A DNA stretch of 13,993 nt, from NCBI GenBank assembly GCA_964615185.1, contig CAZTOS010000033.1, forward strand, positions 9,643 through 23,635. The letters run 5' to 3'. The stretch comes from an uncultured Thermococci archaeon (GTDB lineage: Archaea > Methanobacteriota_B > Thermococci > Thermococcales > Thermococcaceae). Shown here in pieces: positions 8,480 to 13,993 of this stretch; the stretch's first letter is position 1, and each line of letters begins with the position of its first letter. The notes beneath the pieces were generated by a model. It saw nothing but the letters and a program-made list of their open reading frames with translations. It was not told the DNA's origin and did not search any database. The position numbers and the translations under genes are program-made.

Positions 8480-8517
8480 GCCCACATTTGGAAAGAGATG
8501 AATACCAATCAACATTT

Positions 8518-9519
<1,002 letters not shown>

Positions 9520-9550
9520 TCACTCACCAAGAAAATGTTAAAATATTATA

Positions 9551-9587
9551 TTTTTAAGCTTTATTTTGACAAAAACATGTCTAAAAA
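9551..9587 (-). promoter_or_regulatory. purP promoter: quasi-palindromic operator-like box followed by BRE/TATA
   Basis: Minus strand: TTTTTAGACATGTTTTTGTC-AAAATAAAG-CTTAAAAA. Box 9565-9587 matches 11011-11033 at 21 of 23 positions. Confidence 0.6.
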
Positions 9588-9593
9588 TCAGGC

Positions 9594-10922
9594 TTAAAAT
9601 TCAAAAGCCCATTCTGGATAAATGCCATTTAAACAAGCTAAGCATAAATCATCCAATCCAACTGCTTTTATTAATCCTTTGATGCTCAAATACCTTAAGG
9701 AATCTGCTCCAATTTCTTTTTCTATCTCCTCAATCCTCTTCCAAGAAGCAATAAGCTCGTGTCGTGTTGGAATATCAATCCCCATATAGCAGGGATATCT
9801 TATCGGCGGCGATGCTATTCTGACGTGAACCTCTTTTGCTCCTGCTTTTTTAAGCATTGCAACTATCCTCTTCATTGTGGTGCCCCTTACAATCGAATCA
9901 TCAATCAAAATTATCCTCTTACCCTTGATGACTTCCTTAACTGGAGAGAGCTTGAGCCTAACTTTAAAATCCCTCTCAAATTGAGTTGGCATTATGAATG
10001 TCCTACCGATGTATCTGTTCTTTATTAGCCCCTCTTCATATGGGATTCCGCTTTCCATGGAATATCCTATTGCCGCGGCTCTTCCCGAATCTGGGACTGT
10101 TATGACGACATCTGCAGTAGAATCGTCTTCTCTCGCTAACTGCTTTCCCATTTCAACCCTTGCTTTGTAAACGGTTCTTCCTTCAATAACACTGTCCGGA
10201 CGAGCAAAGTAAATAAACTCAAAAACACAGTGAGCATGCTTCTTCTTAGTTAAAACCCTATTTTCAACATCATCTGAAACAACAAAAACTTCTCCTGGCT
10301 TTACATCTCTTGTTTCAACATCAAACATTCTTAGCGCTGAATCCTCAGAGGCGAAATAATATCCATCCCCAGTTCCAAATGTTAGGGGTCTGAAGCCTAA
10401 GGGGTCTCTGGCAACTAAAATTTTCCCATCAAACAGAAAAGCCAGAGAATACGCTCCTTTGACTTCATTAAAAAGCATTTTCATGGCTTCAAATTCATCC
10501 TTTGTCTCTGAATAGTTTTTGAGAAAAATTAATCCCAAAAGCTCGCTGTCAACACTTGTTTTAAATTTGAATTCTCCTTCATACCTTCTTCTTAGCGGCA
10601 GATAATTAGTTAAAGTTCCATTATGAACCAAGGCAAGTCTTTTTCCACAGCATTCAACTTCAAGGGGATGAGCTTCATTTAATCCACCAAAAGTTGAGTA
10701 TCTTACATGTCCAATAGAGATATTTGACCTCAGCTTATTCAAAATGTGCCCCCTAAAAACTTCAGCTACAAGACCCAGCCCCTTGTGTGTTCTTATTTTA
10801 TTTCTCCAAACGCTAATTCCTGCACTTTCTTGACCCCTGTGTTGCAAAGCGAGAAGTGCATAGTATGCTTTTCGATTTGCATTCTCTGTTTTTGCTGCAA
10901 ATACCCCACACTTCTCCCTCAT
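9594..10922 (-). CDS. purF: amidophosphoribosyltransferase
   Basis: MREKCGVF (Ntn catalytic Cys), [39 protein letters not shown]-binding loop [22 protein letters not shown]. Confidence 0.98.
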   Translation of the reverse strand: MREKCGVFAAKTENANRKAYYALLALQHRGQESAGISVWRNKIRTHKGLGLVAEVFRGHILNKLRSNISIGHVRYSTFGGLNEAHPLEVECCGKRLALVHNGTLTNYLPLRRRYEGEFKFKTSVDSELLGLIFLKNYSETKDEFEAMKMLFNEVKGAYSLAFLFDGKILVARDPLGFRPLTFGTGDGYYFASEDSALRMFDVETRDVKPGEVFVVSDDVENRVLTKKKHAHCVFEFIYFARPDSVIEGRTVYKARVEMGKQLAREDDSTADVVITVPDSGRAAAIGYSMESGIPYEEGLIKNRYIGRTFIMPTQFERDFKVRLKLSPVKEVIKGKRIILIDDSIVRGTTMKRIVAMLKKAGAKEVHVRIASPPIRYPCYMGIDIPTRHELIASWKRIEEIEKEIGADSLRYLSIKGLIKAVGLDDLCLACLNGIYPEWAFEF

Positions 10923-10990
10923 ATGACCACCATCTTAACAAGTAATAGTTAAAGAGAGTTTTATTTCCACTGGAACTTTACATTCATATG

Positions 10991-11045
10991 CTTAAAAACT
11001 TTGCCCTATGTTTGACAAAAATTTGTCTAAAAAAGGCTTTTAAAT
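10991..11045. promoter_or_regulatory. divergent purF/purC promoter with central quasi-palindromic operator-like box
   Basis: TTTGACAAAAATTTGTCTAAAAA (11011-11033) is flanked by TATA-like TTTTAAAT (+, 11038-11045, purC) and TTTTTAAG (-, 10991-10998, purF). Confidence 0.6.
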
Positions 11046-11076
11046 TATAAATTTTAACAAATTTTTGGTGAAGATC

Positions 11077-11763
11077 ATGGAGGTTTATGAAGGAAAAGCC
11101 AAGAAAATGATCCCTTTGGATGGGGGGAAGTATTTGATGGAGTTTAAAGACGATGCAACAGCTTTTAATGGTAAGAAAAAAGCACAATTCAAAGGAAAAG
11201 GCTTTTACAATGCTCAGATTTCAGCAAAAATGTTCAAGCTTTTAGAGGAGCATGGTATTAAGACACACTTCATTGGCATTGCTGGAGACAACAGGCTGAT
11301 TGTGGAAAGACTGGAAATGTATCCAATTGAAGTTGTTGTTAGAAATATTGTTGCCGGTAGCTTAAAGAAAAGGCTTCCATTAAAAGAGGGAACAGAGTTG
11401 AAAGAGCCAATTGTTGAGCTTTATTACAAAAGTGATGAGCTTGGAGACCCGATGATAAACTATTATCACGCTAAGATTCTTGGAGTTAGTGAGGAGGAAA
11501 TTAAAGAAATGGAAAAAATTGCACTTAAAGTAAATGAAGTCCTCAGAGAATACTTCAAAGAAAGGGGAATTTTACTTGTTGATTTTAAGCTTGAATTTGG
11601 CAAAAATGCTAAAGGGGAAATAGTTTTAGCTGATGAGATTAGTCCAGATACATGTAGATTTTGGGATGCAGAGACAAAGAAAAGCTTAGATAAAGATGTT
11701 TTTCGCTTTGATAAGGGAGACTTGATTTCGGCTTATGAAGAACTTTATGAACGCCTTTCATAG
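11077..11763 (+). CDS. purC: phosphoribosylaminoimidazole-succinocarboxamide (SAICAR) synthase
   Basis: YEGKAK, EFKDDATAF, PIEVVVRNIVAGS, LVDFKLEFG, LADEISPDTCRFWD, LDKDVFR. ATG 11077 follows a GGTGA Shine-Dalgarno; alternative starts at 11065/11068. Confidence 0.98.
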   Translation: MEVYEGKAKKMIPLDGGKYLMEFKDDATAFNGKKKAQFKGKGFYNAQISAKMFKLLEEHGIKTHFIGIAGDNRLIVERLEMYPIEVVVRNIVAGSLKKRLPLKEGTELKEPIVELYYKSDELGDPMINYYHAKILGVSEEEIKEMEKIALKVNEVLREYFKERGILLVDFKLEFGKNAKGEIVLADEISPDTCRFWDAETKKSLDKDVFRFDKGDLISAYEELYERLS

Positions 11764-11771
11764 AGTATAGG

Positions 11772-11796
11772 TTCTTTAATTTTTTAACAATTTTTC
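11772..11796 (+). terminator. putative oligo-T terminator of purC
   Basis: TTCTTTAATTTTTTAACAATTTTTC lies between the convergent purC and DUF835-like stops. Confidence 0.4.
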
Positions 11797-11797
11797 A

Positions 11798-12886
11798 CTA
11801 AATCATTTGCTTTTTAAACTCTAAGAGTCTTTTAAGCATGTTCCATTCTTTTTCTCTCCATGCAGCCTCTTCAGTAATTAGAATTAGGGTGCCTTCATGG
11901 ATGATCACATAATCCTTAAGTGCAGTGAGGAACTTTGCAAGGGATGTGAACTCATTATAGGTACAAAGATATTCAAGGCAGTCAAGAAGAATTATTCCTT
12001 TGATGCCTTTTCTCTCTGCCTCTATTAAGTATCTGTGGGAAATTTCAACAATTTTTTCCAACTCTGTGGGGGAAATGCTCTTGGGTTCGGGAATTTTTGT
12101 TATGAAATAAACTTCCCAGTTCTCAGGAACATTCTTTATATTCCTCAGAAAAGCTAAGACTGGGACCTCTTTTAGTTTTTCCTTAACCTTTTGATACTCT
12201 TTGGGGTCGATAACTAAAATTCCGCTTTCAATTTCCACCCCTTTGACTGCTCTGTTGAGTTTCTTGAATTCCTCAGAAGATATTATGAGCAGTATCAGCA
12301 CGACCTCAAGGACTGTAAATATGGCACCTAATAGAAAACCTATTGGGGCAAACCATTCTACAGGCCTTAAAAACGGGTAATCCATTTTATGAAGACCATA
12401 CAACATGAAGATGATGGCTAAGCATGTCCCTTTTCTTGAATATATCTCACTAAGACTGAAAAGCAAAACTCCAGTGAAAAAATAGAAAAATCCTGCTATT
12501 CCATACATCAGCACTATCTCTGAAAAAGTATTGGCAGTATTTCCTCTAAAGATGTAATATGCAATTATATAGAGGGTCAAGACAATAGGAGACAGACCGC
12601 TGATGTATTTATAAGATAAGGGGAATAGTTGAATGCCTTCCTCTTCTAGTATAATAAAGGCCCCATAAAACAGCAATGAAACAGTAAAAGCTTGGAATAA
12701 AACCAGCACATACTGTTTGCTTACAAAATCGAAGAGTATGGAAAATGCATCCACAAGAAAAGCCAGGGACCAGAATACTGTAAACTTCCTTCTGTGTTGG
12801 ATATATGCATAAAACAACGCAATAGATGCTGTTAGTTTGGCTGACGTGTTTATCCATTGTCCGATAATTAGCAATGAGAAATTCAT
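11798..12886 (-). CDS. multi-pass membrane protein with C-terminal DUF835-like domain
   Basis: About 7 hydrophobic helices followed by a cytoplasmic domain with 'VLAFLR..VYFITKI..SISPTELEKI..GIILLDCLEYL..YNEF..LAKFL..LKD..GTLIL..AWREKE', typical of DUF835. ATG 12886 after GGTGGAG. Confidence 0.85.
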   Translation of the reverse strand: MNFSLLIIGQWINTSAKLTASIALFYAYIQHRRKFTVFWSLAFLVDAFSILFDFVSKQYVLVLFQAFTVSLLFYGAFIILEEEGIQLFPLSYKYISGLSPIVLTLYIIAYYIFRGNTANTFSEIVLMYGIAGFFYFFTGVLLFSLSEIYSRKGTCLAIIFMLYGLHKMDYPFLRPVEWFAPIGFLLGAIFTVLEVVLILLIISSEEFKKLNRAVKGVEIESGILVIDPKEYQKVKEKLKEVPVLAFLRNIKNVPENWEVYFITKIPEPKSISPTELEKIVEISHRYLIEAERKGIKGIILLDCLEYLCTYNEFTSLAKFLTALKDYVIIHEGTLILITEEAAWREKEWNMLKRLLEFKKQMI

Positions 12887-12937
12887 CTTCTCCACCACTA
12901 TTTTAGACTATGAGTGATAAATATATAAATTCTTGTT

Positions 12938-13942
12938 TCACATTGTTATTTTATAATTCTGAATTTCTATCTTGGGATTTTTTGTAACTCTTCCGATTTC
13001 ATATGCTGGGTAATATCTGTTGAGAACCTGCAATGCCTCCTTCTTCTCTTCTTGTGAAACTACCACCACAAAACCAATCCCCATATTAAAAACCTTAAAC
13101 ATTTCCTCTAAAGGAACACCATTTTCGTATATTAATTTAAAAATCCCGCTAATTGGTGGCATTTCAAGGGAAAATCCATACTTTGTGAGCCTCTTTAGGT
13201 TTAAAAGTCCTCCACCAGTTATGTGGGCTAACCCTCTAACTTCTACTTTTTCTAAAAGCTCTAAAATTGGCTTTACGTAAATCCTCGTTGGCTCAAGCAA
13301 ATGCTCCCACAGCTTTTTGCCTTCAAACTCGTATTCAAGCCCATACTTTGGAATTAAAAGCTTTCTTGCGAGAGTTAGACCATTGGAGTGAATCCCAGAG
13401 CTTTCAATACCGATGACAGCATCCCCTGGTTTGATTTTTTCTCCTGTGACGACTTTGCCCTTTTCAACGATTCCAATAGCAGTGCCGGCTAAGTCAAATC
13501 CGTTGATTAGATCGGGCATTACAGCGGTCTCGCCGCCTACAATTGCAATTCCACTTTGTTTAGCTCCCTCGTAGAGACCTTTGGCTATTTCTTCGAAAAT
13601 TTTATCATTGGGCTCTCTCACAGCTAAATAATCAACCAAAGCTACAGGTTCAGCTCCAACACAGATTAAGTCGTTTACGTTCATTGCGATCATATCAATT
13701 CCAATTGTGTCAAATTTCCCAACAGCTTCAGCCACAAGAATTTTTGTGCCTACACCATCAGTGGTCATCGCTAAATAGAAGTTTTCAAAATCAATCAATG
13801 CAGCATAATGACCGATATCCTTAACAGGCACTCCTACTTTTCCTTCCCTTAATTTGAAGGTTGCTCTTGCGAGTGAAATTATGCTCTTTAGTGCTCTTTG
13901 TGTTTTTTCTTCATCCACCCCGGCTTGTGCATATGTGAGCAT
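12938..13942 (-). CDS. purM: phosphoribosylformylglycinamidine cyclo-ligase (AIR synthetase)
   Basis: [58 protein letters not shown] 13942 after GGTGGT. Confidence 0.98.
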   Translation of the reverse strand: MLTYAQAGVDEEKTQRALKSIISLARATFKLREGKVGVPVKDIGHYAALIDFENFYLAMTTDGVGTKILVAEAVGKFDTIGIDMIAMNVNDLICVGAEPVALVDYLAVREPNDKIFEEIAKGLYEGAKQSGIAIVGGETAVMPDLINGFDLAGTAIGIVEKGKVVTGEKIKPGDAVIGIESSGIHSNGLTLARKLLIPKYGLEYEFEGKKLWEHLLEPTRIYVKPILELLEKVEVRGLAHITGGGLLNLKRLTKYGFSLEMPPISGIFKLIYENGVPLEEMFKVFNMGIGFVVVVSQEEKKEALQVLNRYYPAYEIGRVTKNPKIEIQNYKITM

Positions 13943-13993
13943 TTGTACCACCAAAAAAGAATAGGAAAATCAGTTTAAAAATTTTATCATTTT

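Noticed and set aside
12901..12908. Half-site TTTTAGAC upstream of the DUF835-like gene (also TTTTGTC at 7440-7446)
   Set aside because: Only one half of the dyad, and not at the conserved spacing from a TATA box; likely chance in AT-rich DNA.
10984..13280. ORFs 10984-11187 (-), 12609-12857 (-), 13020-13280 (+)
   Set aside because: They overlap purC and its promoter, the DUF835-like gene, or purM, and have no independent support.

Overview
Archaeal (Thermococcales-like, AT-rich Thermococcus type) chromosomal window. Left end (<1-4244, +): the end of an operon of three surface/membrane genes, likely a type IV pilus-associated locus: a 5'-truncated glycoprotein-like ORF, a class III signal peptide DUF2341-like protein with an adhesin-like beta-sandwich, and a DUF2101-like membrane protein. 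A small convergent hypothetical gene overlaps the last of these. Most of the rest is a de novo purine cluster (guaAA, guaAB, purP, purF, purC, purM) plus a DUF835-like membrane protein. Two observations stand out. (1) An AT-rich two-gene cassette, an ABC-type AAA ATPase plus a putative divergent PD-(D/E)xK nuclease, lies between the two GMP synthase subunit genes and is a candidate anti-virus/plasmid defence module. (2) A 23-bp quasi-palindrome (TTTGACAAAAAnnTGTCTAAAAA) occurs twice, at identical spacing upstream of the putative TATA boxes of purP and purC, and is a candidate purine-regulon operator. Family assignments come from motif recognition, not database searches.
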